DNA of 64,000 bases from Lepidodermella squamata (lineage: Eukaryota; Animalia; Gastrotricha). How positions within the stretch are numbered: the first letter of the stretch is position 1; the number at the start of each line of letters is the position of its first letter. This document shows positions 27,184-39,898 of the stretch, piece by piece. A model generated the notes under the pieces. It made no database searches and was not told the origin of the DNA. It was given only the letters and a program-made list of their open reading frames with translations. The stretch lies in NCBI GenBank assembly GCA_047495785.1, contig JBLDXI010000054.1:2356001-2420000 (forward strand). Reading direction: 5' to 3'. Position numbers and translations under genes: made by a program.

Positions 27184-29467
27184 ATGCTTACCCTTACAGA
27201 TTTTATATTACCTATTACAATCCTTACAACAAAATGCATCGCACAAGGTTAGGCTGGAGGGAATTGATTTTTTTTAAGGCGGTTTATCATTGATTTTTAT
27301 AGAGAGAATTCCGTATCGAGGTAACAATTGGCCGTGGCCCGCCAATTCAGTTACACCGTCGCCCGTCCGCCTTGGTATCGCGTGCTACGAATGCTACGGC
27401 TCGTTGGAATCATGCGCGACAGATCGAAGGAATTTGATCGGAGGCCCGAAAATGAGGAGATGCCTGCCGGATCAGCAATGCTTGGTAAGCACCGCATTCT
27501 TTGTTGTTTACCAACTTGACCATCAATAGTTTGCGTTTCAGTTCCGTAAAGATCCTTACTCTGTTTCTGTGGCACTGAATTGCTCGGCTGACTGTGTTCC
27601 AACCGCCATCACATTCTGCTGCGCTACGGAGCTGTGCAACTGCATCGGCCCATCTGGATGCCCAGCCGCGGTACCTAAATCAATCTCTACAACCACCACA
27701 AAGCGATACGAGCCTCCCCAAGAGTACGACATTGATCCATATCGACCTCATTTAGTAAGGATAAGCCACTTTAGAAATTTTCCAATCATTTGTTTTAATT
27801 TTCTTTTAGACTACATCACGCCTATTCCAGCATGATGAGGAGAGTTACGACGGACGAGTGGCAGTGTTTGTCGACCACTTCCCGACAACGCCTTATTACC
27901 TGGAGACTACGACACCTCGTTTTCATTTCGTGCACCCGCCTGTTTCTTTTGTTAAGATAGCGGCGAAATCGTTGTCACTCGAGCATGCTGAGGATGTTAT
28001 CCCGACTCACCCTCCAGTTCGTCGAACGCAGCATCGACTGATCAATCAAATAATTATGGCAGCGGCTTCTGAGATTAACAAATCATCCGAATTTGCTGGT
28101 CTTCACTGCTGGAACTGTCAGGGCAGACCGGAGGATTGTCGCATTTCGCAGCAAGAAAATTCTGCCGAGATAACAGCTTGTGCCCCTCATGAGCCGTTTT
28201 GCTCTATAGTGGAATTCGGCGAGACAATGAAGACGGTTAATATGTACTGCGCTGAATCTTGCAGTGTCCTATCGAATAAGCGATTGAAAATCTCATGCTG
28301 TCAAACTTCACTGTGTAACTGCTTGCCGGAAGAGGGAGAAGGGGACTGCCAATTTCTGACCGCGCCGAATAATGCTTTTGTCGATGCTGGTTATCATCCG
28401 CCGGTTGAAACAACTCCGATTGGTTTTACCACTGCGACGGACTATGACTGGGGTTTCGTTGAAGTGACGACACCAAGTACAACCACTACAACTATAAGAA
28501 CCATTCCAACTACAACAACTAAGACGACAACAACTTCAACTACTACGAGGACTACGACCACTACTACGGAAACGACAACCACTCCCACGACAACTTCAAC
28601 TACTACGGAGGCAACTACGACCACAACGACACCCACAACAAGCACTTCAACTACGACTGAGCCTACAACCACCTCAACAACAACCACGTCGACTCCAACT
28701 ACTACTACAACTGAGCCGACTACTGTGACTTCTACTGCCAGTACTACTAGTACTTCTACTATTACAACACCTACTACCACTACTGCTGAGGAGCCAGATA
28801 CGCCGTCAACCCAGGCAATTGTTACTTTAACAGTACCCTATGAAATCATTACCGTGGCATCAAGGGCACCTGGTGGCGAAGTGGGTAAGGAATCTACGCC
28901 TTATGGAGATATGGCTGTTACACGAGAACCGTTTGTAGACTTGGAATTAACTACAGCTGGAACCGCTACAGTGCTACCAGTATTCAGTGAAGAGAATAAC
29001 AACGTCTCAGTTCAAGAACAACCTCACGTCGCCTCTTGTAAGCAATTTTTTATTTCGAGACGTTCGAATTTTTTAATTAATTTTATTTCAGCGGCCTCTT
29101 TCGGTGTGCGGCATTGCTACTTCTGCTATCATTGTCCGGTGGTTTCGCTGCCTACCGATCCAAACACCCAGGCAATAGAATGTCCTGAGGATAAGCGAAT
29201 AGCATGTGTGGTAAGCGCAAATTTGATAAATATTTACTTTGTTGTGACTTTTTCTCTGAACAGAAAGCGGAAGCCAATTTCGTAACTTTGACTCGAATCG
29301 ATCGATACTGCTCTGACATTTGCCCGACAGATACAGATTTAGTTAAGTATCACTGTTGTGATGATGATTTATGCAATAAGGGCAGCAGAAAGGTTCATTC
29401 GATTAATGTTATCATGCTATCTGTGTTTTTTATTATCGTCTCTAAGGTGAATAGCTCTTCTTTATAA
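27184..29467 (+). CDS. Multi-LU (3 Ly6/uPAR domains) Thr-rich mucin-like protein, probably GPI-anchored, 6 exons
   Basis: Exons 27184-27247, 27303-27484, 27542-27754, 27810-29037, 29092-29210, 29264-29467 are phase-compatible. LU domains end CCATELCN, CCQTSLCN and CCDDDLCN. Poly-Thr stalk and hydrophobic C-terminus. Confidence 0.8.
28465..28790 (+). repeat. Coding Thr-rich (ACN)n mucin repeat
   Basis: Dense ACA/ACT/ACG/ACC triplets encoding TTTTS/TEPTT-type repeats. Confidence 0.85.
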
Positions 29468-30450
29468 AATAAATATTGATCTTTTATTACAACCGAGGTA
29501 GTCGTTGACGTCAATGAGACTCGACCCGAAGAGACGCTGAGACAATTTCAGCTGAGTTCACTTATTCCGACTCGGTGTTAGTGATGAATGAATGAGATGG
29601 AGAGTCGGCCAGGTGTGCGGAAAATCATGACACGATTAGCATGATCATTTAACAGGAAATGCACTTTCAAAGGTGCCGGTTTTGAATAAAAAAAGTGCGG
29701 TGGAAAGTGCTGCCTGTTTCATCTGTTAATTCAAACGTTCTTTCCGTGCATGCATTGTGTTTCATCATGAAATCCTTTTAGCATAGGCAGCTTATACTAG
29801 CAGAAACAGACATTTGTCAAGGAGACCTTGCTCAGGCATGCTACATTCATTGACTGGTAATCACTTATCTGCAAGAAACCAAGATACAGTTGTCCAGAGC
29901 AGAAAATAGTTATCTGCTCTAAATCTATTCCGTATTAAAATATATTTCGATAAGAGGACAAGCGCATTTCAATATTACGAGCACATTTATGACTTCCAGC
30001 TTCTTTGCTGCTTCATTGCTGAATTTTCTTAGCAACAGAGTCTGCTCAGTCTGCCGACGATCCGGAACGATGTTGCGCAATCAAGCCACTGAAGGGTAAA
30101 ATTAATTCGAATTTCGTCTTAGTTGGTAAACTTTTCGTTATAATTGATAACATTATTAATACGTGGGAACGCTGCCACTTCAAAAAGTACACTAGCTGCT
30201 AATCATTGCCCTAATTACCGTCGCGTCTAATGAGGGCAAAGGATTTCTCGCCCAAAATTTATTTTGCCTAAACGCTGCGGCAAAAATTGTTTTTAACCAT
30301 GAAAAATATAAACATTTGTTTACATCTATTATTATTTTGTTACTAATTTTTTTGTTTACTTATAAATTGTAAAAACCTCAAATAAGCGATAAAGAATGAA
30401 AACGACGAAATTCCAGCATGACCTTCGCAACTGCCACGTTAGGGTGTTAC

Positions 30451-30510
30451 GGGGTAGTGGCTGAACAAAGGTAGAAGGTGGGCGGCCGTGGGCTTCGATC
30501 CCAACCGCAA
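30451..30510 (+). mobile_element. Possible degenerate tRNA-derived SINE head
   Basis: A-box-like TGGCTGAACAAAGG and B-box-like GGCTTCGATCCC. No complete cloverleaf. Confidence 0.25.
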
Positions 30511-31146
30511 TTTTGTTTGTGGTAAACGATCTCGGACAACCGATGCACCCAACCGAGCACTTTACTTCTTACCTGCCTAAACTTCTTAATCCTTGCGTTT
30601 TACTTTGGAAGGCTTCTATCTTGTTTGCTTTACATGTAAACATAGTGCGATCTTTGACCTTTTGAAAGTCGTTCCAAAATCGAACATCATACGCCCTGGT
30701 ATTTTTAAACAGGTTGTGTCGATTCTGCTAGTGAATCAATTTTAATTCAGTCGCCGACTTTTCTGGCTCGTTTATACTATGTTTACAACTTGCAAGGTCT
30801 CGTTATTACTGTTTACTGTATATATGTCCCGTACATTCTCGTCCATGTATTGCGGACATCGGTTATGCTGCAATCCTTCAATTTGATCATAATATTTGGC
30901 TCTTCTAAATAGTGATTAGCTTGATTAACCGAGCTAGCGGTAAGCCTTTTAACAGATTAGCGCTCGAGGATCTGAGGGAAATTGAAATATCAGTATCACT
31001 CATCACCGACTTCTTTATGTTACGTTATCGCAGTTTGTGATGTAGCTGGTGGTCAGCGTTCTCGTTACCTTGGTTTAATATTTTTGCTACCTTGATTCGA
31101 TTTAAATTTCATAGGTAGAAATTGAAGTGTAATTAGACATATCCGA

Positions 31147-31416
31147 ATGTCTGCTGCAAGCAATCCTTCCCATATCTTGCCTTTGGAACTGGTTGACAAG
31201 TGTATTGGGTCCCGAATCCATGTTGTGATGAAAAACGATAAAGAAATTGTCGGAACCTTGCTCGGCTTCGACGATTATGTTAACATGGTGTTAGAAGATG
31301 TTACCGAATTCGAAATGACTACGGAAGGCCGCAGGATCACCAAACTTGATCAGATTCTGTTGAACGGTAACAACATCACGATGCTGGTTCCTGGAAGCGA
31401 AGGACCTGAAGTTTGA
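31147..31416 (+). CDS. LSM5: U6 snRNA-associated Sm-like protein LSm5 (intronless)
   Basis: [44 protein letters not shown]...[17 protein letters not shown] is near-identical to metazoan LSm5. Confidence 0.97.
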   Translation: MSAASNPSHILPLELVDKCIGSRIHVVMKNDKEIVGTLLGFDDYVNMVLEDVTEFEMTTEGRRITKLDQILLNGNNITMLVPGSEGPEV

Positions 31417-31508
31417 ATAACATTTCTTTTGTCACTTGAGTTCATTTGAGGATTAACATGCGGATCTCTTGTATTGAAACCTCTTGCTTTCTTCTAGATT
31501 TTATTAAA

Positions 31509-34500
31509 ATGCATCATCCCCGGTTCGGTGCAAACGGGGGTGGTTTTAACAGTAATATAAATCTTAATCCGCGCACATTGACCAATCCTCCCGGAGGATT
31601 TCTATCTTCAGAGGCCATTACGGCACTAACTCGTCAGTTGGGCGCCGATGCTGTTGCGGCATTACAGCAGCAGCATTTGCCATTCGTTTCTCAACCAAAT
31701 TTGCTGTCCCTCCCGCCTACGATATCGTCATCAGCCCGCTCACTCCCGCGACCGGATCTTACCGGGTTCGGTGGTATGAGGCCTGGCGTGTTTCCTATTA
31801 ATCAACCAGGCGTACCTGTGCCTTCAACTCATTCAGCACCGAGTCCGCTATGGAATCCGGCCTTGGATCATTCGCGAACCAGGCTAAGTCAGCCAAATAT
31901 TCCCGCTCAACCCCAGAATTGGGAAAGACAACCCAGGCAACAACCTCCCCAGTCGCAAGCCCCGCGCTCTAACCAAGAGATGCCTCTTGATTTGACCAAA
32001 AAAGCTGCCCCGACACCTCCCAGACCAGCAGTGACTCCGCAAGCTCAGCCTTCGGTTTGTTCAGCGAAACTATAATTACAATTGATTAATTAATGTGGTT
32101 TTATTTCGAATATAGGCGCCATCGTCATCCGATGCTGAGGCCCCGCTCGATTTTTCGACCAAGCCCCGCGCCAAAACTCTTGCCTCGACGCCGCTGCCTA
32201 ACAGCAGCAGTTACGCACCCCCGCCGCAATCACCTGCATCCTCAAATAGCCGAAACGTTCCGCTCAACAGCAATAGCAATAATAGCAGTAGCTCACTGTT
32301 GACTTTCGACCAATCGCTTTCAGCTCAACCTCATTCCTTCAAATCTCAGCAAGACCGAGGTAAACACCTCATTTTAACAAAAATGCTAATTTAAGGAGGA
32401 TTTTTTGGTTCTGTAGATGCGCTTATTCAAAGACAAGGCTCGATGATGGCTGGCCGCCCCCAAGTGCCATTCGGCTCCGCTGGTCCGATGCCTCGCGATA
32501 GCTCAAATCAATCGTCTGTGACCAGTAGTAATAACAATAATAATAATGTTGATAACGGAACCCCGCGACCGCAAAGCGATCAGCAACAGCAAAACTTCCA
32601 GCCCTCGAAACCGCCTGTTCCTTGCCATTCAGATACTCCGCAAGCACCGCTTCTTCCCGTTTCCACGTCTCCTTTTCACTGGTACACCTATACCAATGAG
32701 ACGCGGTGTCAAGTTGTGCCAGAGGAGGCATTCCAACACATTTCCGATCTCCTGATGCCCATCGTTCAAATTAATTCAGTGTTCGATTTCGTGTACAACA
32801 ACACGTCGTTCTACTGGCCGTGCCTAGTGTGCGCCGTCTCGCGAAATACCATGCAAATCCGGTACATCGGCGCCGAACCGGGCCACAAACGCGAGGGCGG
32901 CCGGTTTTGGGTCGATGCCGGCGACCAGCGCATGAAACCGCGCGGCTTCGGCCAGAAGAACAAATTATCGATGAAATTACCGCACGGTTACGAGTTATTA
33001 AGCGGCGTAACCGCGAAGGACGTCGTTCAAATGACGCTAGACTTACAGCCGTTATCTAACGTGTTAATTCAACAAAAAGCGACATGTTGCGCTGATTTAT
33101 TCGAACCGAGCCGCCTGGTGGAAATTCAAGACGTTTGCGACGCCCGCGTTTTCTGGTTCGCCCGGGTGATTCGGAATCACTGCGGCAGGTTATGTCTTCA
33201 CTACGTGACAGCCCCGGAGCATGACAACGCGCCGGCTATCGGGGCTAGCCCGCATTTACGAGCTTTCAACCCGCAGCCGGCGCCGATTTGGATGTTCGCG
33301 ACCAGTCGCCGGTTGCGGCCGGTCGGCTGGGCGCGGGATAACGACTGCGTCTACAAGGCGCCGGCCGGGGTTCGGATAGTCGGTTCGCCGTTCATGATAT
33401 CGCGTTCTGTCCTTGAATGTGCGCAGTTGCGCGTGAATCAGCTCGCGTTTCAAACGCGCAATTACGACGCTCCGGTCCGCCATACGTTCTGCTCGGGTGA
33501 CAAAATCGATTGGCTGCACCCGTCGCGGCTGTTTTTCTGCGCCGCCACGATTCGACGCGTTGTCGACGGCGAGCAGTTTGTCATTTCTTCAACCAACGGA
33601 AGTGACCAGTCCACCGGGTACGTGACGTCGTTAGGCGACGGCGAGTGCTTCCCGCCTGGTTTCGCCGCGCAAAACAGCCTCGCCTACCGCAATGAAGCGG
33701 GTCAAATATCTCAAACCGACCTGAATTCCACCTTAACAAGCACTGAAGAGCCGTCGTTTTTCGCGGTTGGTCGGAAGCTGGAGATCGTTATGCCGAATGC
33801 GCCGGAGTTGATAACAATAGCGACGGTAGTCAAGGTTGTGCGTAATCTGGTTGTTGTCGTTGAGGTGGATGCGTCCAAGGCGCAGTTCATCCTCCCAGCA
33901 TCGTCCCCTGATCTGTTACCGGTTGGCTTTGCAGAAATGTCTAAACATTCGATGACCCTACTTCCGCCTCTTCAGCAGCGCAAAAAGGTAAACAAAATCC
34001 CGTTGGAATGACTGAATTTAATTTGAAAATAATTGAAAAATTTCATTATCTCAAACTGAAAATCGGTTAGACTCGAATGCTTGAATATCCTGGAAAATGT
34101 CTCTAAAAAGACCAATGAAATGGAACGATAAAGCGTGCCCCATCGCTCGAGTTGAACTTTTTATTGACAATTTATTTACGAGAGTCGTTAAGTATTCGCG
34201 AGTTCATTGAAGAAATTGAAAAATTACCGTAGAAAAGCGATGAAACCTGCTATATTTTTCTTATCCGGGATAACCAAATTTATCGTAATTTATTCATTTT
34301 TCTTTCTAATTTCATGTTTAAATACCGTCCTCGTGACATCGGACTTTTTTCCGGCCGCCCTAAGAAGAAATCGCTTCAGATTTTGGGAATTTCTTCAATT
34401 ATTCTACTTATGCTAAAAAGTCCATTTGCTTTTCTTCTGTCATTGGAGGGTTTTAACTTTAAGATCCATTCGTGAACATATTAGGGCTGGGGAATATTTG

Positions 34501-37384
34501 TTGCTTTGAACCAGTTACAAAAAGCCGGACATCCGATTTTCGTCATTCGAAGTGCCTTCTTGATGATTCACAGTCCTAGGGATATGATGCGATGCCTTCC
34601 TGCGCGGGTGGAAAAACCTGGGGAAAATGGACGTTTTAGATTATATAATCGAAGAAATCCACCCTAAAAGTTAGCCACTCATCTTATTTTCCCTGTCGAA
34701 CATGCAGTTTTGGCCCTTGATAATGTAGTGTATTATGGATTGTTGATTTTATCGGTAGGACTGGTAATATTGGCATCTATTTTGTATATTTCAGCCCATA
34801 CATTCCTTGCCTATTCAGGTCTTTAAAAATCGAAATTTAGCCGAGTTTTTTTTATGACTAAGAATAATGCGGAATTTAATTTATTGGCTTTCTCGGATTC
34901 TTTACGCACGCATTTGATTTGATAAGTGGCTCACAATCTAGTTTTTCTTGATATCAATAGCTAAATCCGGCCTATTCAAGTGCGTCTCAAATATCAATCA
35001 AATACCATCAATGTAATACTACACTTTTGAGGTTGAATTTGCAATTGCGAAAAATACTAAGTTTGCTATTATCAAAGCAGAGTTTCAAAAAAAATTAAGA
35101 AGGATTTATATGAAATGAATTTAAAATTATTTTTCTTTTGCAGCAAGTTGCGGTTGTTCAACCAGAAATTATCGGCCAACCGTCCAGTTTGGCGAAATTC
35201 GCGCCTGGAGACCAGTCCCGCGGCGATAGCAATGGCCGGCGGCCGTTCACTGTGATATCATCGCCTCCCCACGACGCGCCCGCTTCCTCCGAACAAGCCA
35301 CCCTGCTCTTCTCGACCAAATGCTTCTGCGGGAAAATGTTCAGCAAGTCGAAAGTCGCGCTGTTGCCGCCGAAAATCGGCCCGGGCGACGTGCTGGCCGT
35401 GCTCAAAGAGGCGCTCGCCTACCTGCTCAACACCGCCTACCGGCCGTCGCAAGTTCTCAAAATCCTGCACGTGAAAACCGCGAAATTCTGCAAACGCGAA
35501 TCTAGCGGCTACTCGGCTCAACAACTGAAAACCCGGTCCGGGTCGAAAATGTATAAAGCAACCACGGTTCTGTGCACAAACCGGGCGAATCTGCCCGGGT
35601 ATCTACGCAAAATCGCGCACACCCTCGGCTTCTGCCCGGGCCTGCTCTACGCGTCCTACCCGTCCGGCGAGAAACAGGTCGAGCGGCCGGGTTGTACGAC
35701 TATGTGCCGGAAAATTGTCGCGAAACCGATCACGACGAGGCGGGCAGCGGCGGCGGCTGCTGCCTCGGCCGCGGCGCCGTCGTCGACGAACCACGACCGG
35801 CCGTCGAAGATGCTCTCAGTCGTTGTTCCGAGTATTTTGGCGCCGGATTCGCGGCGTAATGCTCACCATGATAGCAGCGGGGCGCCGTCGTCTGGCGCGA
35901 CGTCCGAGTCGCGGTCGCCTCGATCGGCCTCGCCTGCGACTATGGAGCAGCTGGTCGGCAATTTGCCGCTGTCTACGAATCCGTTGAGGTGGAGCGTGGA
36001 CGATGTGTCGCGGTTCATGCAGTACCACGAATGCGGGGATGTTGCGCAGTCACTCGCTGATCAGGTAAACTGACATTCCGATTCTAATTGACGGAAATTG
36101 AATCATCTAATTAAATTTGGCTGAAAATTCCGTACAGTGTATCTCATAATCAACTTAGCTATGGACAATACACGGAACTCTATCAAAAAGTTCAGAATAA
36201 AGTGAATATAATGTCCGATGCAGGGGGTTTAAGTGCCTAAATTTTGGAAAATTTATTTAGTCAATTTAATTCTTACACTAGGTCTAAACACATTAAAAAG
36301 TTTAATTAAAGAAAAGGCTAGAATTTTGAGTTATTCGTATCCGAATGTAGGATGTATTCAGTATTCATTAATCTAGACGTCAAGCTTTTAAAATTTGAAA
36401 CATTTTAAGGTGGATACATTTTTGCAGAATTCTCGCCACTAGATTTTTTCTTCGATTTTTGCGATTCTGGAAAACATCGTTAATTTTTCTAAATTTGGCT
36501 AGAAAATCGGCTGTGTAAACTAGTTATAGACAATGCGAAGAGTACCTATTGCGTGATGGTCAGTGCTCGCTAGTTACAGGTATCAAATTCAATTAGCCTA
36601 TTGCTGACGCATTTTAAGGATGACATGTTCCAAGTCCTTACTTTTCCCTTATCCTTGTCAACCCTAATACGCGTGCATCCTTCCTGCATTCTAGTTCTTA
36701 TTAATTAGCATGATCGCATTTTTCGCGAAAATTAAGACAAAATCTTATTCAGATCGAGTGACATTTGAAATCTGTATCCCACACGCCTTTGACGTCAAGG
36801 CATGACACTTAGTCTAGAGGTGATGAGTCATTTGGATAATTCAATAAAAATCATGACGTGATTCGGGTCATCAGAAAAAAATCGCATCTTACTGGCATTC
36901 CTATCCTTTTAGATGTGCAAATTTAGAAATTCGTAGCGATTTTATTGCGCCTCAGCCGCCTTAATATCTAGCTCATTTTTGAAGTAGCATAAGCTGTCTC
37001 ATTCATGGGAAATTTAGTTACGAGTTATATCGATCACGCGCGCTTATCAATTTGTCCACCTTAATTATCCTGATTTACCTTGATGTTTGATTCAATTAGG
37101 AAATCGACGGTCCTAGCCTGCTGCTGTTGAATCTAGCGGTAATTCAGGACTACCTGCCGCTGCGAATGGGCCCGGCTCTCAAATTGTGCCGTCTTCTCGA
37201 GCGGCTTCACATCGCCTTCCGGCAACAACTCGATCTCGCTCGCGACTACTTCCTAACGTCATCGTCGAACGGCCTCATCATCCCGCACGATGCCGACCTG
37301 TTCGGCCTTGCTGACATGGACGAGTCGAATAATAACAATAACAACAACGACGCGAGTCGTGGTGAAAATGGCATGGAAGTTTGA
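31509..37384 (+). CDS. SFMBT: Scm-like with MBT domains protein (SFMBT1/2 type: MBT repeats, SLED, SAM), 5 exons
   Basis: Exons 31509-32054, 32116-32359, 32417-33987, 35144-36064, 37100-37384. Divergent MBT repeats (PVGWA, FPPGFA, LPVGFA), SLED (LPPKIGPGDVLAVLKEAL..LLNTAYRPSQVL) and SAM (WSVDDV..QEIDGPSLLLL..LRMGPALKLC). Confidence 0.85.
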
Positions 37385-38491
37385 TTCATAAACGTGGCCT
37401 CCTTAAAATTTCTTAGCTGTAGCTAGAAAGTGAAATTTTGTTCCAATTTTTCTGCAATTTTTACAAAAAATCGTCTCGTGTTATCTTCATCTCCCCTTGA
37501 CACCAAGCATACACTCGGTCACATTGCAAAAAAATCATCCGCTCTTTCGACTTGATGTTTCATTCTTGTATCACTCTTTGCTGGCGTGCTGATCGAGTAC
37601 GGTGTCACTCTATTTGAATTTCCGCGCCCTTCGAATTCGTGCCAGTTGGTTGCCATTTGCGTAAAAATCTGCGTATTTTTTAGCCCACAAGCGTCTATGA
37701 GAATAAGGGCCGAATTCGTGAATATCCGGGCTTTTCTACATTTGTACATAAAAGTATATAGATGAACGTATTATATTCGAGAAATTATCTATATATAAAT
37801 AAATATATATAGAGAAGCATCTTAACAAATACTTGGTAAAAAATGACTTTATCCTATACAAATTTATTATATGTCTGTTAAAATTTATGGTTTATGGGCT
37901 GTCTGTTCCTACTAATTTGCTCTACTTATTAACCGTGAGATGATGGAAACAAAAAAATCGCTGCTTTAATTACCTGATGTTGAGGAAACATGCAAACAAA
38001 GTGATGATTGATTTCTGAAAAAATATTCCCTGTTTTTTTCTTTTCTTCTTCTCTTCTCGTAATCGCCTGCTACAGGCGTTTTATATATATTTTAATGCTT
38101 TCCGGCTGCGTTGGTTCCGCGTCGCAAAATTCATCGGTTTTTAACCGGACTAAAATAGAGCTTGTGGGTGTTTTGTTGATGTTGTTTGTGTGCGTTATTT
38201 CTCGCTTTCTTTCTCTATCTCTCTCATCCTTTTTTCTGTCGTCACAATTGTTACTCGCAAAAAAAACTGATGATGATATTAGATATCAATTCCAGAAAAA
38301 AATAATATGTGGAACTCAAAAATGTGGAAGATCCAAATGACTTCGACCATCAATTATTATAAAAAGAAGAAAATAATTATTAATTGAGATGTTAATTTTT
38401 TCTTATTTTTTAGGTTGTATTTTTAGTTGATTTTTTTTCAATTTTTATGCGCATTAATTGGTGCGTTTTGCATGCCATGTGCTAAGGCGGC

Positions 38492-39839
38492 ATGTCGTCG
38501 ACGTCGCTGAGATCGTCGAAACGGCCGCGCCTGTCGGCCGAATCGTCGCCGGTCGGGTGGAACTGTGCGGCTTGCACGTTTCTCAATCCACTCAATGCTT
38601 TCAAGTGTCAAATGTGTGATAACCGCAAGGGTACATCGACTAGGTGAGTCCGAATCGAAAATTGAAAAATATCGTGAAAAAAATTATTTTCGATTTTTTT
38701 CTTCAGAATATCTAGCACGGTGGACAGTGGAGCTATTGAGATTCAACGTTCTATCCAGGAGCAAATCGAACGGACTACAAAACGGAGTCACCCAAACGGC
38801 CGGCGGTCTGATAGCGCTGCCGGGCATAGTGATTCTCATAGTCATTCAAATCGCCGTCAGGTTTGTGAAAAAATACATAAAAATGCTACTAAAATTTGAG
38901 AAAATCATATTTTTACGATTGGAAATTGGGGTTTTGGGGGATTCGCGAAATGTTGTTATTCCAGACCATTTGCCTTAAAATTAAACAATTTCGCCAGTAA
39001 GTCTTACCACGTCGGCATAGAGAAAAAAAATTTTTCTCTATGCACGTCGGGTTAATGCGATTATTCTAGCAAAAATTGTGAATATCTGACGGGATCTCTC
39101 ATCTCGAAAACCCCTAACAGGGAAGAATGAAAATTCTTTAAAAATATGAATTTTTAAGGCGGATTATTTTGTAATTAATTTAGACCCGTATTTTGTGAAA
39201 TTTTGTCATATTTCCTAATTTTTGTATGATTTTTCTAATTTTTATGAATTTATCTAGAACAATGCTAGAAATGATGACGACTCGGTGGATGAGTCGTGGC
39301 GGCTTCTCGGTGACACGTCCTCCTCGTCGCTTTCAGGCGCCTCGTCAGGCCCTTCCGAAAATCCAAAACCCGAAAATGGCAATCGGCTGAACCGCTCAAG
39401 ACGCCTATCGCCAACGCCTAGTCCCTCGCCTCAACCGCCGCCAGCGCCGCCTCAAAATAGCAGCAGTAACTCCGCGTCGAAACCGCAAACCTCGAGCGCG
39501 AAAAACGGGTCTTCGAAAAAGTCTTCGACAACACCGAAAAACGGGACTTCAGCGAAAAAACAGCCGCTGGCGGATGATGGCGAAAGTCACGTGCCGGCCT
39601 CGTCGGCATCTTCGTGCTGCAATTCTGTAATCTCAACGAGCGAACAACAAAAGCGAAAATCTAACGGTCACACAACGGCGGTGAAGATGAACGGCAAATC
39701 TTCGCTCACATCACCGCCGTCGAATTCGAGATCGGCGAAATGGCCGCAGTTGAAAAACGTGAAGCGCGAATCGGCGCGGGAAACCACTGTCACGGTCCGC
39801 GGCGTTACCGTAATTTTCACCGATTTCGACCCCGTGTAG
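38492..39839 (+). CDS. RYBP: RYBP/YAF2 Polycomb (ncPRC1) subunit, 3 exons
   Basis: Exons 38492-38643, 38707-38860, 39258-39839. RanBP2-type zinc finger WNCAACTFLNPLNAFKCQMCDNRKGTSTR; C-terminal RING1-binding LKNVKRESARETTVTVRGVTVIFTDF. Confidence 0.92.
39016..39042. mobile_element. 27-bp hAT-like micro-element (TIRs only) with 8-bp TSD
   Basis: CACGTCGG|CATAGAGAAAAA-AAA-TTTTTCTCTATG|CACGTCGG: a perfect 12-bp inverted repeat flanked by a perfect 8-bp direct repeat. Confidence 0.7.
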
Positions 39840-39898
39840 CCTCGCATATTTTCGTTTGCTATATATAGAAATATTTTATTCTCTTGTGTTTCGGGAAA

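Noticed and set aside
28442-28780. Val-rich 112-aa minus-strand ORF
   Set aside because: Antisense shadow of the Thr-codon mucin repeat.
30451-30510. Functional tRNA gene
   Set aside because: No acceptor stem or anticodon arm can be formed; at most a SINE relic.
34482-34800. hAT MITE with TAGGGCTG...CAGCCCATA ends
   Set aside because: Short imperfect TIR and no 8-bp TSD.
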